63,759 nucleotides of DNA from Candidatus Parcubacteria bacterium (GCA_023132155.1 JAGLYP010000028.1:1-63759); one strand, 5' to 3'; positions 36,431 through 47,433 are shown, counted from the first letter of the stretch. A program made the numbers and translations. Notes: generated by a model from the sequence alone, not told the origin.

Positions 36431-37972
36431 TCAAGGATTTAAAACATTATTGATTTCATCTTCTAATATTTCGTCTGTGGAGGAGGCTAAAATTGTATCA
36501 GTGGAGCTTGCGCTGTCTGTGTCAATTATATCTTCAGTAAATATTTCCTTAACCGCGCCGCCTTCGGCGTAAAGATTAAGGATTTTTTCAGGGACAGTTA
36601 TGATATTATCCCAGGAATAACCTAAATCTTCAAAAATTTTACCTGAAGTTATCGGCCTCCGTTTTTTATTGTCAATTACATATACGGCCGGAGAGAGATT
36701 TGATTTTAACAGCTCGCCGTCATTGAAAATTGCCGGTTCAACGGTTTTGTAGCTGGCTAATTTTTCCGGACTTTCCGGAGTGATGGATTTCCATTTGAAT
36801 TTGGTTTTTAATAAAACCGCGTCCCAAAGAGGGGCTTTTGTGCCTTCGGTTACGTAGTAGATGCCGCCGCTAACTTTATCTTGCAATAAGGCTCCGGTAG
36901 GATAGCTTGAAGTCGCGGTAATAGGTACGCCCTCTTCGTAGGCGTTGACATCTTCCCAGCTGGCGTTTAAAATTTCTTCCGGGTTATATCCGATTTTTCT
37001 AAATGCTTCCGCGCTCGCAAGTCCGCGGCGTTTGTCGTCAACTAACAAATAAATAGTTCCGCGCGGACTGCGGATTAAGGAATATTGAGGAAATTTAATC
37101 GGAGCTCCTTTTGGATATTGGTCTAAAATTGATTTATTAACTTGAATTACTTTATTTAAATCATATCTTGAAGTTAGCGCGCCCTTGGTTAAGAATGGGC
37201 GTTTTTGACCGTTTTTGATAAGCCAAACGCCGGGCTCGCCTTTTATTTGCAAAAGGGTGTTATCAGGATAGCTAAAAGTAAAATAACGCATCCATAGTTT
37301 ATAGAAATTATAATTTCCATTATAAACATGCGGCGTATAATTATATAAAGCGGCGGTAGCGTTATTTAAAGGAGTAACTTCCATCGGCGGTTTATTGGTA
37401 TTGGTTATAGTGTAAGTATTTCCGGCGCGATAGTTGTAATGGCGCGGATTTTTTATATAATCAAAAAATTGCAGCGCGGCCGAGTTTACTTGCTTGCCAA
37501 AACCTTTCCATCTGTCATTGCAGCCTCCGCCATCCGGACATCCATAACCGGTTGCCCAATCAAGCTGTCTTTGCGTTGGTGTTGTTGCGGTAATAAGGCT
37601 TTGCTCTTTTTGCAAAAGCACAATTAAAAATTTAGGGTTGATTGTAACTTTTTGGCAAAATCTTTCTTTTTCTTGCGGATTTGCGTGAGTAAATAAATCC
37701 GAATTGCCGCAATCATAATTATTCGCGGCATCATAGATAATTTGCGCCGCGGTTTTGGTTCGCCCCGCGTAATCAGAAAGGTTGTTTTTGGAAATGTATC
37801 CGTTTTTAGCGCGCAAAAAAGCGTCAATTTCAGAAAGCGTCATTGAGTCCGCGTCAAGTATTTCCTCATCGCTGATTATATGATTTGGATCAAAAAGCGC
37901 TGCCAGCGATTCTGTGCTTAAACACGCAAAAATAATAAAACATGTGATTATTAAATAAGTTTTTTTTAGCAT
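36431..37972 (-). CDS. Secreted protein, N-terminal putative cell-wall-active domain plus four CPR-type repeats
   Basis: Signal peptide; LLQKEQSLI, ATGYGCPD, ATAALYNYTPH; YPxGxLL..VY.I....KRP repeats. Confidence 0.7.
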   Translation of the reverse strand: MLKKTYLIITCFIIFACLSTESLAALFDPNHIISDEEILDADSMTLSEIDAFLRAKNGYISKNNLSDYAGRTKTAAQIIYDAANNYDCGNSDLFTHANPQEKERFCQKVTINPKFLIVLLQKEQSLITATTPTQRQLDWATGYGCPDGGGCNDRWKGFGKQVNSAALQFFDYIKNPRHYNYRAGNTYTITNTNKPPMEVTPLNNATAALYNYTPHVYNGNYNFYKLWMRYFTFSYPDNTLLQIKGEPGVWLIKNGQKRPFLTKGALTSRYDLNKVIQVNKSILDQYPKGAPIKFPQYSLIRSPRGTIYLLVDDKRRGLASAEAFRKIGYNPEEILNASWEDVNAYEEGVPITATSSYPTGALLQDKVSGGIYYVTEGTKAPLWDAVLLKTKFKWKSITPESPEKLASYKTVEPAIFNDGELLKSNLSPAVYVIDNKKRRPITSGKIFEDLGYSWDNIITVPEKILNLYAEGGAVKEIFTEDIIDTDSASSTDTILASSTDEILEDEINNVLNP

Positions 37973-37977
37973 ATTTT

Positions 37978-38053
37978 GTATTGTTATATTGCTGTATTGT
38001 TATATTGTTAATAAAATTAAACAATATAACAATACAGCAATATAGCCATTATA
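37978..38053. repeat. 8-nt-period inverted tandem repeat
   Basis: (TATTGYTR)n followed by mirrored (ACAATAYA)n. Confidence 0.75.
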
Positions 38054-38088
38054 CATTATTTTATCTTTTTTTACAAAAAACTTTATAT

Positions 38089-38131
38089 AAAAAAATCGTC
38101 CCGCCCATTGCGAGGGGCGGGACGATTTTTT
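38089..38131 (-). terminator. clpB terminator hairpin
   Basis: AAAAAAATCGTCCCGCCC-ATTGCGAG-GGGCGGGACGATTTTTTT. Confidence 0.8.
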
Positions 38132-38136
38132 ATTTT

Positions 38137-40770
38137 TTATTTCACATTAACCAATAATTTATCTTTAATTCCAAGATCAATTGATATCTTGTTTCCTTCT
38201 TTGATTTTGCCTTTAATAATTTCCAGAGCCAATTCATCAAGGATTGAATTTTGTATGATTCTTTTTAACGGCCGCGCTCCAAAAGTTATATCATAACCCT
38301 TGTTAGCCAGCATTTTTTTAACTTTAGCCGCGATTTTTAGCTTAATATTTTTGTCAAGCAGTCTTTTTTCCAATTTATTTAATTCAAGATCCACTATTTC
38401 AACCAATACCTTTTTGCTAAGGCTTTTGAATATTACAATTTCGTCAATTCTATTTAAAAATTCCAGCTTAAAATTTTCTTTAAGAATTATGTCAATTTTT
38501 TCTTTCATTTCGCTATCTCTGATTTTAACGGCTTCCGCCTTATCGCTTTCATCGGAAAATCCGATTGAATATTGCTTAATAACTTCATTGCCAAGATTGG
38601 ATGTCATAATGATAATTGAATTTTTAAAATTAACCACCCGTCCCTTAGCATCGGTTAAACGGCCATCATCTAAAATTTGCAAAAGAATATTAAATACTTC
38701 AGGGTGGGCTTTTTCAATTTCATCAAATAAAATTACGCTATAAGGGCGGCGGCGGATTTTTTCCGTTAACTGTCCGCCTTCTTCATGTCCGATATAGCCG
38801 GGAGGGGAGCCTATCATGCGGGCAACGCTGTGCTTTTCCATAAATTCACTCATATCCAGCCTGATTAAAGCATTTTCATCGTTAAACATAAAGTCCGCCA
38901 AGGTTTTGCCTAATTCGGTTTTTCCCACGCCGGTTGGTCCGACAAACAGGAATGATCCGATTGGTTTTTGCTCTTCGGATATTCCGGCTCGCGAACGGCG
39001 AATCGCGTTGGCAACAGATTTAATCGCGTCATCCTGGCCCCTGACGCGCTTAGACAATTCAATTTCGGCTTTTGCCAGTTTTTTAATTTCAGATTCAAGC
39101 ATTTTTGAAACCGGAATTCCCGTCCAGCGGGCTACAACTTTGGCAATATCTTCATTGTCAATTTCTTCTTTTAATATTCTTTGCCCTTTTTTCTGGATAT
39201 TTAATAATCCTGTTTCCAATTCTTTTACGTCTTTTTCCAATGCTGGAATTTTCGCGTATCTGATTTCCGCTACTTTAGCCAAGTCTTCACCCTGTCTTTC
39301 AATAATTTCAGCTTCAGCTTTCAAATTATCAATTTCTTTCTTTTTTACGCTTATTTTTGATATGATATTTTTTTCGTTGTTCCAGTGCAATTCAATTTGA
39401 TCGGCTTTTTCTTTAAATTCTTCAATTTGCTTATTTAAATGCTTGATTTTTACATTGCTTTTTTTGTCATGTTTTAAACCGGCTTTTTCAATTTTTAATC
39501 TTTTAATTTCTCTTTTTAATTTATCCAGATCCTCGGGCATTGAATCAATTTCCATTCTTAGCGCGCTTGTGGCTTCGTCAACTAAATCAACCGCCTTATC
39601 CGGCAAAAAACGGTCGCTTATATAGCGGGAAGAAAGTTTAACCGCGGACATTATGGCATCATCGGTAATTCTTACGCCATGATGAACTTCATACTTTTCT
39701 TTAATTCCCCTTAAAATCGCGATTGTATCTTCGGCGCTTGGCTCGGAAACGTAAATCGGCTGAAAGCGCCTTTCCAGAGCAGCGTCTTTTTCAATGTATT
39801 TTTGATATTCTTTAACGGTAGTGGCGCCGATTGTTTTTAATTCGCCGCGCGCCAAAGCGGGCTTAAGCATATTTGAAGCATCCATAGCGCCTTCAGACGC
39901 GCCAATTCCGACGATTGTATGCAATTCATCAATAAATAGAATAATTCTGCCTTCTTGAGATTTAATCTCTTTTAAAACCGCTTTTAAACGATCCTCAAAT
40001 TCACCTCTGAATTTCGCGCCGGCGACCATTGAACCCAGGTCAAGGCTGATTAATTCTTTGTTTTTTAAGGTTTCAGGAACATCGCCATCAATAATTCTTT
40101 GCGCCAATCCCTCAACAATCGCGGTTTTTCCCGTTCCGGCCTCTCCGATAACAACCGGGTTGTTTTTTGTGCGGCGAGATAAAATTTGCATTATTCTGCG
40201 AATTTCCTCATCTCTGCCGATTACAGGGTCCAGTTTTTTCTGTTTTGCCAATTCAGTTAAATTAATCGCGTATTTTTCTAAAACTTTATATTTTGTTTCA
40301 GGATTGGGGCTGTCAACTTTTTGCGAACCGCGAAGTTCCGCTAAAATTTTTAAAATATTTTCATAATCAACCCCAAGGCGCAAAAGAATTTCCTGTGATT
40401 CGCTTTTTATGCCGATCAAAGCCAAAAGGATATGTTCGGTGGAAATATATTCATCATCCATTTGATCGGCTTCTTTTTTTGCTCTTTCTAAAATCATTGC
40501 CACCTCCGCGGTACCCTGAACCGCGCCAACATTTTCCGGCACAGGAGTAGGGGACTTTGGCCTTTTTTCAATTTTTTTAAAAATCATATCTTCCACTTCT
40601 TCGGGTGAAATTTTTAATTTTTCCAAAACCGGCTTAATTAAGCTTTCGCTTTGGGTTAAAAGCGCGGCAAAAATATGCAAGCTTTCAATCTGAGATTGCC
40701 CGTAATCCTGGGCGATAATTTGCGCGTTAATAATCGCTTCTTGTGATTTATTGGTAAACTTATTAAACAT
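38137..40770 (-). CDS. clpB: Chaperone ClpB
   Basis: Two AAA modules ([16 protein letters not shown]), LDPVIGR, long middle coiled-coil domain, GARPL. Confidence 0.95.
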   Translation of the reverse strand: MFNKFTNKSQEAIINAQIIAQDYGQSQIESLHIFAALLTQSESLIKPVLEKLKISPEEVEDMIFKKIEKRPKSPTPVPENVGAVQGTAEVAMILERAKKEADQMDDEYISTEHILLALIGIKSESQEILLRLGVDYENILKILAELRGSQKVDSPNPETKYKVLEKYAINLTELAKQKKLDPVIGRDEEIRRIMQILSRRTKNNPVVIGEAGTGKTAIVEGLAQRIIDGDVPETLKNKELISLDLGSMVAGAKFRGEFEDRLKAVLKEIKSQEGRIILFIDELHTIVGIGASEGAMDASNMLKPALARGELKTIGATTVKEYQKYIEKDAALERRFQPIYVSEPSAEDTIAILRGIKEKYEVHHGVRITDDAIMSAVKLSSRYISDRFLPDKAVDLVDEATSALRMEIDSMPEDLDKLKREIKRLKIEKAGLKHDKKSNVKIKHLNKQIEEFKEKADQIELHWNNEKNIISKISVKKKEIDNLKAEAEIIERQGEDLAKVAEIRYAKIPALEKDVKELETGLLNIQKKGQRILKEEIDNEDIAKVVARWTGIPVSKMLESEIKKLAKAEIELSKRVRGQDDAIKSVANAIRRSRAGISEEQKPIGSFLFVGPTGVGKTELGKTLADFMFNDENALIRLDMSEFMEKHSVARMIGSPPGYIGHEEGGQLTEKIRRRPYSVILFDEIEKAHPEVFNILLQILDDGRLTDAKGRVVNFKNSIIIMTSNLGNEVIKQYSIGFSDESDKAEAVKIRDSEMKEKIDIILKENFKLEFLNRIDEIVIFKSLSKKVLVEIVDLELNKLEKRLLDKNIKLKIAAKVKKMLANKGYDITFGARPLKRIIQNSILDELALEIIKGKIKEGNKISIDLGIKDKLLVNVK

Positions 40771-40790
40771 AATATTTATATTAAATCTTT

Positions 40791-40855
40791 AATTTATAGT
40801 CAAGGAATTTGAATATTCCCGACTACTGTTAGTGCCCTTTGGGCATAACTTGTAA
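40791..40855 (-). repeat. Dispersed leader element, copy 3 (without nested insert)
   Basis: Minus strand TTACAAGTTATGCCCAAAGGGCACTAACAGTAGTCGGGAATATTCAAATTCCTTGACTATAAATT. Confidence 0.9.
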
Positions 40856-40856
40856 G

Positions 40857-40883
40857 TTAGCACTCTCACTGCTTGAGTGCTAA
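40857..40883. promoter_or_regulatory. CIRCE element (HrcA operator)
   Basis: Perfect TTAGCACTC-N9-GAGTGCTAA upstream of clpB. Confidence 0.97.
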
Positions 40884-40887
40884 TTTA

Positions 40888-40916
40888 ATAATAGTATTTA
40901 TGGAGCATGTTGTCAA
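40888..40916 (-). promoter_or_regulatory. clpB sigma70 promoter
   Basis: Minus strand TTGACA-17 nt-TATTAT directly before CIRCE. Confidence 0.8.
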
Positions 40917-40993
40917 GTAAAATTTATTTTGAGTGTTTAAAAGGGACAGTACGTAATTGCAGGCATCCCTTTGCGGTTAAATCTTAGATTTTT

Positions 40994-42010
40994 TTACTCC
41001 ACAATATCCAAACTCCTATCGCATTGTATGCAATGGCCGTTTTGGTCAAGGCGTTCAACGTGATAGCCGAGCCTTCTTATCGCCAATTCATTACAGCGGG
41101 GACAGTAAGTGTTTTCTTTTTGATCGCCGGGTATATTGCCGACATAAACATATTTTACTCCCGCGTCTTTGGCTATTTCATAAGCCTGATAAATTATATC
41201 TTCTCCTGTCGGGGGAAAATTTTTTAATTTCCATGAAATATCAGGTGAAAATTTGCTTAAATGCCACGGGGTATCGCCGTCTAATTCTGAAGCTATAAAA
41301 TCGGCTATTTGGCTTAAAGTTTCAATATTATCGGAAAGGCCGGGAATGATTAAGGTGGTTATTTCCAAATGAATTTGCTCTTGTTTTATTTTTTTTAAAT
41401 TATCCAAAACCGGCTCTAATCTGGCTGAACAAATATTATTATAAAAATTATTGTCAAAAGATTTTAAATCAATATTAATCGCGTCAAGATAGGGGAATAT
41501 TTCTTTCAAACATTCATTGGACATATAACCGTTAGATACCCAAAGATTTTTCAAGCCATTAGCCTGCGCCAGGCGCATAACATCAAGGTAGTATTCAACA
41601 TTAATAGTCGGCTCGTTATAAGTATAAGCTATTGATTGGCAATCATTGCCGATTGCCTCTTCAACAATCCGTTCGGGGTTAATATTGCTAAAATTATCAA
41701 GTATTTTTTCAATGCTTTTCACTTGGCTTATCGCGTAGTTTTGGCAATTATCACATTTAAAATTGCAGCCCAAGGAACCGATTGAAAAGGCTAGCGAACC
41801 CGGCATAAAATGAAAAAAAGGCTTTTTTTCAATCGGATCAATATTTTGCGCGCTGATAACGCCATATCCAAGCGTATACAGATTTCCGCCATTATTGATT
41901 CTGTTTAAGCAAATTCCTGTTTGCTTATTTTGAATCACGCAATTATGATTGCATAACAGGCATTGCGCGGATCCGTCCTGATTGGTTTTATAGAATTTTG
42001 CTTTTTTCAT
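40994..42010 (-). CDS. amrS: AmmeMemoRadiSam radical SAM enzyme
   Basis: CLLCNHNC, DPIEKKPFFHF, CNFKCDNCQN, YTYNEP, YVYVGN, TYCPRC. Confidence 0.93.
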   Translation of the reverse strand: MKKAKFYKTNQDGSAQCLLCNHNCVIQNKQTGICLNRINNGGNLYTLGYGVISAQNIDPIEKKPFFHFMPGSLAFSIGSLGCNFKCDNCQNYAISQVKSIEKILDNFSNINPERIVEEAIGNDCQSIAYTYNEPTINVEYYLDVMRLAQANGLKNLWVSNGYMSNECLKEIFPYLDAINIDLKSFDNNFYNNICSARLEPVLDNLKKIKQEQIHLEITTLIIPGLSDNIETLSQIADFIASELDGDTPWHLSKFSPDISWKLKNFPPTGEDIIYQAYEIAKDAGVKYVYVGNIPGDQKENTYCPRCNELAIRRLGYHVERLDQNGHCIQCDRSLDIVE

Positions 42011-42102
42011 TTTGAAAATGTTATTAACATTTATTATTCATAAAATATCACATTTTATTGCCGAACGCAAGAATATTTACTATAATAAATTTATAGCTAA
42101 AA

Positions 42103-42140
42103 TGGGCATGTCGCCGAAGCGGTGTTCGGCGATATGCCCA
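42103..42140. repeat. GC-rich hairpin in 5' leader
   Basis: TGGGCATGTCGCCGAA-GCGGTG-TTCGGCGATATGCCCA, 6 nt before ATG 42147. Confidence 0.7.
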
Positions 42141-42146
42141 AAAAAT

Positions 42147-43358
42147 ATGGACAGAAAAAAAAGCATAAGCATATTGGGAATAAATATTGATAATATTTCC
42201 AAACAAAATCTTTTATCGCGAGTTGAAAAAAATTTAGAAAAAAATAATTTTAAATTTTTAATAACCCCTAATCCGGAAATAATTTTACAAGCGCAAAAAG
42301 ATGAAGAGTATTTTTATATTTTAAATAAAGCCGATTATTCAATCGCTGACGGCATTGGCTTGAAATTCGCGGCTTTTTTATTGGGAAAAAATATTAAGCG
42401 GATCACCGGCGCTGATTTAAGCAGGGATATTTTAAAAATAGCTCAAAAAAAATCTAAAAAAATATTGATAATTAATCGGCGAAAAGGATTATCAAGCAAG
42501 AAAGATATTGAAAAAATGTTGTCAACAGGATTTCCAGGGTTAAGATATATGGTAGTTGATAATCCTCGCGATAAAAATGAATGGCAAAAAATAATTAATA
42601 AAAAAACAAGTGATTTTGCTCCGGATATTTTATTTTGTTTATTCGGCGCGCCATTGCAGGAAAAATTTATTTATCATAATGCCCGTAAAATCAAGTCAAT
42701 TAAACTGGCGCTCGGAGTGGGCGGGGCTTTTGATTTTCTAACTAAAAAAATTAAGCGCGCGCCTTATATTTTTAGAAAGTTAGGATTGGAGTGGCTGTGG
42801 CGGCTTGTTAAACAGCCTAAACGAACAAAAAGAATTTATAACGCGGTCGTTAAATTTACTTATAAATTTTTACGTTGGCGTTTTATTCTGCCTTTTTTAT
42901 ATCGTCCAAATGTTGCCTGTCTTTTATATAAATATGAAAATAATAAAAAATATATTTTATTGGTAGAAAGAAAGAATGATTTAGGCCATTGGCAGCTGCC
43001 TCAAGGCGGAATAGACGGTGAAGACCTTGAAAGAGCAGGGGAGAGAGAACTAAGCGAGGAGCTTAATTGTAATAAATTCAAATTTATAAAAGCTTATAAA
43101 AATATTTATAAATATAAATTCGGACAAAAAAATGAAACAGGGAAGTATAAAAACGCGCGAAAGCACATAGGCTATAAAGGGCAAAAGCAGAGCTTGTATA
43201 TTGCAAAATTTACGGGGAGAGACGCGGATATTAAAATAAATTTTTGGGAACATAGAAATTGGCAATGGGTTGAAGATAATAAGGTATTGGATATTGTCCA
43301 TAAATGCCGCAAAGAAGCAACTGAAAAATATTTGGGGTTATTTAACAAAATTTGCTAA
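42147..43358 (+). CDS. WecB/TagA/CpsF glycosyltransferase fused to RppH-like NUDIX domain
   Basis: ITPNPE, ADGIG, RITGADL, GAPLQE, GVGGAFD, GLEWLWRL..QPKR; then YRPNV, WQLPQGG, RELSEE, GQKQ. Confidence 0.85.
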   Translation: MDRKKSISILGINIDNISKQNLLSRVEKNLEKNNFKFLITPNPEIILQAQKDEEYFYILNKADYSIADGIGLKFAAFLLGKNIKRITGADLSRDILKIAQKKSKKILIINRRKGLSSKKDIEKMLSTGFPGLRYMVVDNPRDKNEWQKIINKKTSDFAPDILFCLFGAPLQEKFIYHNARKIKSIKLALGVGGAFDFLTKKIKRAPYIFRKLGLEWLWRLVKQPKRTKRIYNAVVKFTYKFLRWRFILPFLYRPNVACLLYKYENNKKYILLVERKNDLGHWQLPQGGIDGEDLERAGERELSEELNCNKFKFIKAYKNIYKYKFGQKNETGKYKNARKHIGYKGQKQSLYIAKFTGRDADIKINFWEHRNWQWVEDNKVLDIVHKCRKEATEKYLGLFNKIC

Positions 43359-43401
43359 AATTAAAAAAAATTGCTAATATATATTCAATAAATAAAAAAA
43401 T

Positions 43402-44868
43402 ATGAAAAAAATCAGAACGCGTTTCGCGCCCAGTCCAACCGGATTTTTGCATATTGGCAGTTTAAGGACCGTGCTTTTTGTGTACTTATTGGCCAAGGAG
43501 TTAGGCGGCAAAATAATTTTACGGCTGGATGATACCGACCAAAAACGTTATGTTGAAAAGTCTGAGGAAAAACTTTATGATACTTTAGACCGTTTGGGAT
43601 TCAAATTTGATGAAGGACCGCGCGTAGGAGGGGATTACGGGCCGTATATTCAAAGCCAAAGAAAAAAATTTTATAGTAAGTATATTAAAAAACTTCTTAA
43701 TGACAAAAAAGCTTACTATTGTTTTTGCACGCCTGAACGTTTACAAAAAATGCGTGAGGACCAACAAGCGCGAAAACTGCCGCCGCGATACGACCGTTGC
43801 TGTCGTGATTTAAACGAAGAAGAAGTTATAAAAAAAATAGATTCCGGAGAAAAGTTTGTTATTAGGCAAAAAATGCCTCTCGCGGGAGAAGTAATTGTTA
43901 ATGATGAGCTGAGAGGAAAAATTAAATTTCAAGCCGGTGAGCTGGAAGATCATGTTTTAATCAAGTCAGACGGCATGCCGACTTACCAGTTTGCGCTTGT
44001 GGTAGATGACCATTTAATGGAAATCAGCCATGTTGTCAGGGGAGAGGAGTGGATACCGAGTTTTCCTAAAAATATTCTGCTTTACAAGGCTTTTGGCTGG
44101 GTGCCGCCGAAATTTATCCATATCCCGCTAACCCTAAACAAGGAAGGCGGCAAATTAAGCAAGCGCCAAGGCGATGCGGCAGTTGAGGATTATTTGGAAA
44201 AAGGATATTTGCCTGAAGCTTTAATAAACTTTTCCATACTTCTCGGCTGGCATCCAAAAGGCGATAATGAAATATTTACTTTAAGTGAATTGGAAAAAAT
44301 ATTCAAATATAAAGATATAAATATTTCCCCGTCAATTTTTGATATTGAAAAGCTGGATTATTTCAACGGTTATTATATCCGCAAAATGGATTTGGATAAG
44401 TTAGTTGAAATCATTAAGCCTTATTTGGAGAATAATATTAAAAAAACCGGCGACAAAAATAAAAAGACAGACGAATTTATTAAAAACGTAGTCGCGCTTG
44501 AGCAGGAAAGGCTAAAAAAATTATCTGAAATAGGGGACTTAAGCGAATTTTTCTTTGTTGATAAATTGGATTATCCAAAAGATATGCTAATTTGGAAAAA
44601 ACAAAAAGAATCAGACTGCAAAAAAAATTTGGAAACGATAAAAAATATTTTAGAAAAAATTTCGGAAAGAGAATGGACAAAAGAAAATATTGAAAATATA
44701 ATTATCAAATATTTTAAAGACAATAATTTAAAAGTGGGGGATTATCTTTGGCCGGCAAGAGTCGCTTTAACCGGCAAAAAACAAAGCCCGGGACCCTTTG
44801 AGGTTGCTTTTGTTTTAGGCAAGGAGGAGAGTTTGGAAAAAATCCAGGATGCTATTGACTTATTTTGA
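43402..44868 (+). CDS. gltX: Glutamate-tRNA ligase
   Basis: RTRFAPSPTGFLHIG, YYCFC, KLSKR. Confidence 0.97.
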   Translation: MKKIRTRFAPSPTGFLHIGSLRTVLFVYLLAKELGGKIILRLDDTDQKRYVEKSEEKLYDTLDRLGFKFDEGPRVGGDYGPYIQSQRKKFYSKYIKKLLNDKKAYYCFCTPERLQKMREDQQARKLPPRYDRCCRDLNEEEVIKKIDSGEKFVIRQKMPLAGEVIVNDELRGKIKFQAGELEDHVLIKSDGMPTYQFALVVDDHLMEISHVVRGEEWIPSFPKNILLYKAFGWVPPKFIHIPLTLNKEGGKLSKRQGDAAVEDYLEKGYLPEALINFSILLGWHPKGDNEIFTLSELEKIFKYKDINISPSIFDIEKLDYFNGYYIRKMDLDKLVEIIKPYLENNIKKTGDKNKKTDEFIKNVVALEQERLKKLSEIGDLSEFFFVDKLDYPKDMLIWKKQKESDCKKNLETIKNILEKISEREWTKENIENIIIKYFKDNNLKVGDYLWPARVALTGKKQSPGPFEVAFVLGKEESLEKIQDAIDLF

Positions 44869-44871
44869 CAT

Positions 44872-45082
44872 TGTCATCTCCGACACTCCCAGCCCCGCAG
44901 GGAAATTATATTAAATGATCGGAGATCTCGTAAAAATCAATGAACATAAAAAATAATAAAATGTTTTAAAAAAATATTATATTAACAACTATTATCTTAA
45001 AAAATAATTTAGATGCTTTTAAAGAGATTCCCGATCATTTAATATAATTTCCCTGCGGGGCAAATGTGTGTCGGGAATGACA
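44872..45082. repeat. TGTCAT-tagged inverted doublet (long-arm subfamily)
   Basis: Arms 44872-44929 and 45024-45082 around an AT-rich spacer; homologous to 4657-4714. Confidence 0.9.
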
Positions 45083-45170
45083 GAGGGGAGCGAGATAAAA
45101 TTCTCGCCCTTTTTTATTATTTTAAATTATGCTATATTATTGATATAAAAATAAAAACTAAACAATTCCC

Positions 45171-46418
45171 ATGAAGAAAAAAATATTTAAAAAAATAACC
45201 AACTTTACGATAATCTTATTGGTTTTTTTGCTGTTTTCCGGTTCAACCGCAATCGGGCAAGTAAATTCTAATGAGGCAAGCATGCTCAATAGGGAAGTCA
45301 AGCGGATTAATAATGATATTTCGGATAAAAAAAATGAAATTAAGCGAATTCAGCAAAAGCAGGAAAAATATTCAGCCGCAATTGAGGAAAAACAGAAAGA
45401 AAAAGCCAGTTTAAACAATCAATTAGCACTTTTGGATAATCGTTTGGCTAAATCCGAATTGGATATTGAGCTTGTTGAGATTGACATTGATCGCGTTAAA
45501 TTGGAAATTCAAAAAACCGATTTGGAAATCGTAAACAAAGATAAGAGGATCGCGAGAGAAAAAAAACAAATTGCCGATGTTATCCGCTTGATGCAAAAAC
45601 GCGATAATGTTAATTCTTTGGAGATGATGCTTTTAAATAGGTCATTATCGGAATTTTTAACTCAAGTAAGATATTTAGAGGATATAAATGAGAGCTTAGA
45701 TAAAAGCCTTGGAAGTCTTGAAAAATTAAAAAGGGAGCTTGAAAAAGAGCAAAAGACTTTAACGCGCAAAAGCGAAGATTTGGCGGGAATGAAAAAAGAT
45801 TTGGAAGAAAAAAAGATTAAACTGGCAAGTGAAAAAGAAAATAAAATCCATATTCTTTCACAAGTCGGACAATCTGAACGCGAGTATCAACGGCTTTTAG
45901 CTCAGGCAAAACAAGAACAGGAAGACACGGCCGCTGAAATCGCCAGTATGGAAAAATTGGCTAGAGCCAAATTGGCCAAGCTTGAAGGAAAAAAACTGGA
46001 ATTTAATGATAATGGCTTAATTTGGCCGGTTAAAAAAAATATTATTACCGCCTATTTTCATGATCCGGATTATCCGTTTCGCCACATTTTTGAACATCCG
46101 GGCGCTGATATTCGCGCGGCACAGGGGAGTACGCTTATGGCGGCCGCTTCCGGGTATGTCGCTCGGGTAAGATCAGACAACTCCTCGCGTTATGGCTATA
46201 TTATGATTATCCATGGTGATGGAATATCCACTGTGTACGGGCATATTATCAAAGCTTATGTTAAAGAAGATGATTATGTGGTACAAGGCCAAAAAATCGC
46301 TCTTTCCGGCGGATTGCCCGGAACTCCAGGCGCAGGCCGCTTAACAACCGGTCCGCATCTTCATTTTGAAGTAAGACTAAACGGAATTCCGGTTGATCCT
46401 TTAGCTTATTTGCCGTAA
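45171..46418 (+). CDS. EnvC-like coiled-coil M23 peptidase
   Basis: Signal peptide, long coiled coil, HPGAD, YGH, TGPHLHFEVR. Confidence 0.9.
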   Translation: MKKKIFKKITNFTIILLVFLLFSGSTAIGQVNSNEASMLNREVKRINNDISDKKNEIKRIQQKQEKYSAAIEEKQKEKASLNNQLALLDNRLAKSELDIELVEIDIDRVKLEIQKTDLEIVNKDKRIAREKKQIADVIRLMQKRDNVNSLEMMLLNRSLSEFLTQVRYLEDINESLDKSLGSLEKLKRELEKEQKTLTRKSEDLAGMKKDLEEKKIKLASEKENKIHILSQVGQSEREYQRLLAQAKQEQEDTAAEIASMEKLARAKLAKLEGKKLEFNDNGLIWPVKKNIITAYFHDPDYPFRHIFEHPGADIRAAQGSTLMAAASGYVARVRSDNSSRYGYIMIIHGDGISTVYGHIIKAYVKEDDYVVQGQKIALSGGLPGTPGAGRLTTGPHLHFEVRLNGIPVDPLAYLP

Positions 46419-46450
46419 CCCCGCCCCGCCCTTCGCGAAGGGCGGGGTTA
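46416..46450. terminator. Hairpin between convergent genes
   Basis: CCCCGCCCTTCGCGAAGGGCGGGG; core resembles the hairpin at 38100-38121. Confidence 0.6.
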
Positions 46451-47413
46451 TTCCTTCATATTCCGCCCGCTATGAACCTTCCTGTGAATATCTTTAAGCT
46501 GTTTATTGGTTACATGGGTATAAATTTGCGTAGTTGCGATATTTTGATGGCCTAAAAATTCTTGCACCATGCGCAAATCAACGCCTTGGGCAAGCAAGTC
46601 GGTGGCAAAAGAATGCCTAAGCGTATGCGGTGTGGACGCGATTGGCAATCCGCAAATTTTAACATATTTTTTTACGATGTTTTCAATGCTTTTTACGGTT
46701 AAACGGCGCTCCGCGCCGTTTTTTTCAATTCCCGGCTTATAATTTATAAACAAAGCATCGTCAATATCGTTGCGTTTATCTAAATATTTTTTTAGAGATC
46801 TTGTCGCGCGCGCGGACAAATAAACAGTTCTGATTTTTCCGCCCTTACCGGTAATTGATAACTCAATTTCATCAGTAATTTTTGGAATTTTAATTTGTTC
46901 GCGATTTAACGCGACAAGTTCGGCAACTCTTAACCCTGTTGAAAATAAAGTTTCTAAAATCGCCCGATCTCTTAAGCCGATCGCGGTAGACATGTTAGGG
47001 GAGAGTAGGAGTCTTTCCAATTGTTCCAGTTTTAAAAATTTTACTTCTCTTTGAGTTTTATCCCTGGCTAATTTAATGGAGGTGGGGGAGAGTGAATTGA
47101 TTTTTTTTTCAACAAAGAAATCAAGCAGGCCGCGCAAAGCAATTAGATAATAATTCTGCGTTGATTTTTTAAGGGCGGTTTTTGTCCGCGGATCAACGTG
47201 TCTGGATAAAAAAAGGCGATATTTCCAAATATGCTTATCATTTAATTTTTCCGGCTTTAATTTATCTAAATTATTATCGCTTAGCCAATTAAAAAATTTA
47301 TTTAAAAAACGAGAGTAATTTTCTTGCGTTTTCGCGCTCAATCCCCTCTCAATTTCCAAAAAATCAAGGTAGTCAATCAGATATTCAATTATTGGTTTTG
47401 AGTTGTTTTGCAT
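46448..47413 (-). CDS. XerC/XerD-like tyrosine recombinase
   Basis: RDRAILE..STGLRVAEL, GKGGK, PHTLRHSFAT, LGH, TTQIYTHV; full R-K-H-R-H-Y set. Confidence 0.93.
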   Translation of the reverse strand: MQNNSKPIIEYLIDYLDFLEIERGLSAKTQENYSRFLNKFFNWLSDNNLDKLKPEKLNDKHIWKYRLFLSRHVDPRTKTALKKSTQNYYLIALRGLLDFFVEKKINSLSPTSIKLARDKTQREVKFLKLEQLERLLLSPNMSTAIGLRDRAILETLFSTGLRVAELVALNREQIKIPKITDEIELSITGKGGKIRTVYLSARATRSLKKYLDKRNDIDDALFINYKPGIEKNGAERRLTVKSIENIVKKYVKICGLPIASTPHTLRHSFATDLLAQGVDLRMVQEFLGHQNIATTQIYTHVTNKQLKDIHRKVHSGRNMKE

Positions 47414-47433
47414 TTTTTATTTGTTATAAAAAT

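Noticed and set aside
38108..40550. Several plus-strand ORFs of 60-194 aa
   Set aside because: Antisense to clpB; same reasoning applied to shadow ORFs over pilT, lepA, recJ, serS and the GT genes.
46448..47413. Integron integrase or prophage integrase
   Set aside because: No IntI-specific insertion evident, no attC array or phage genes; core context and dif-like site favour Xer.
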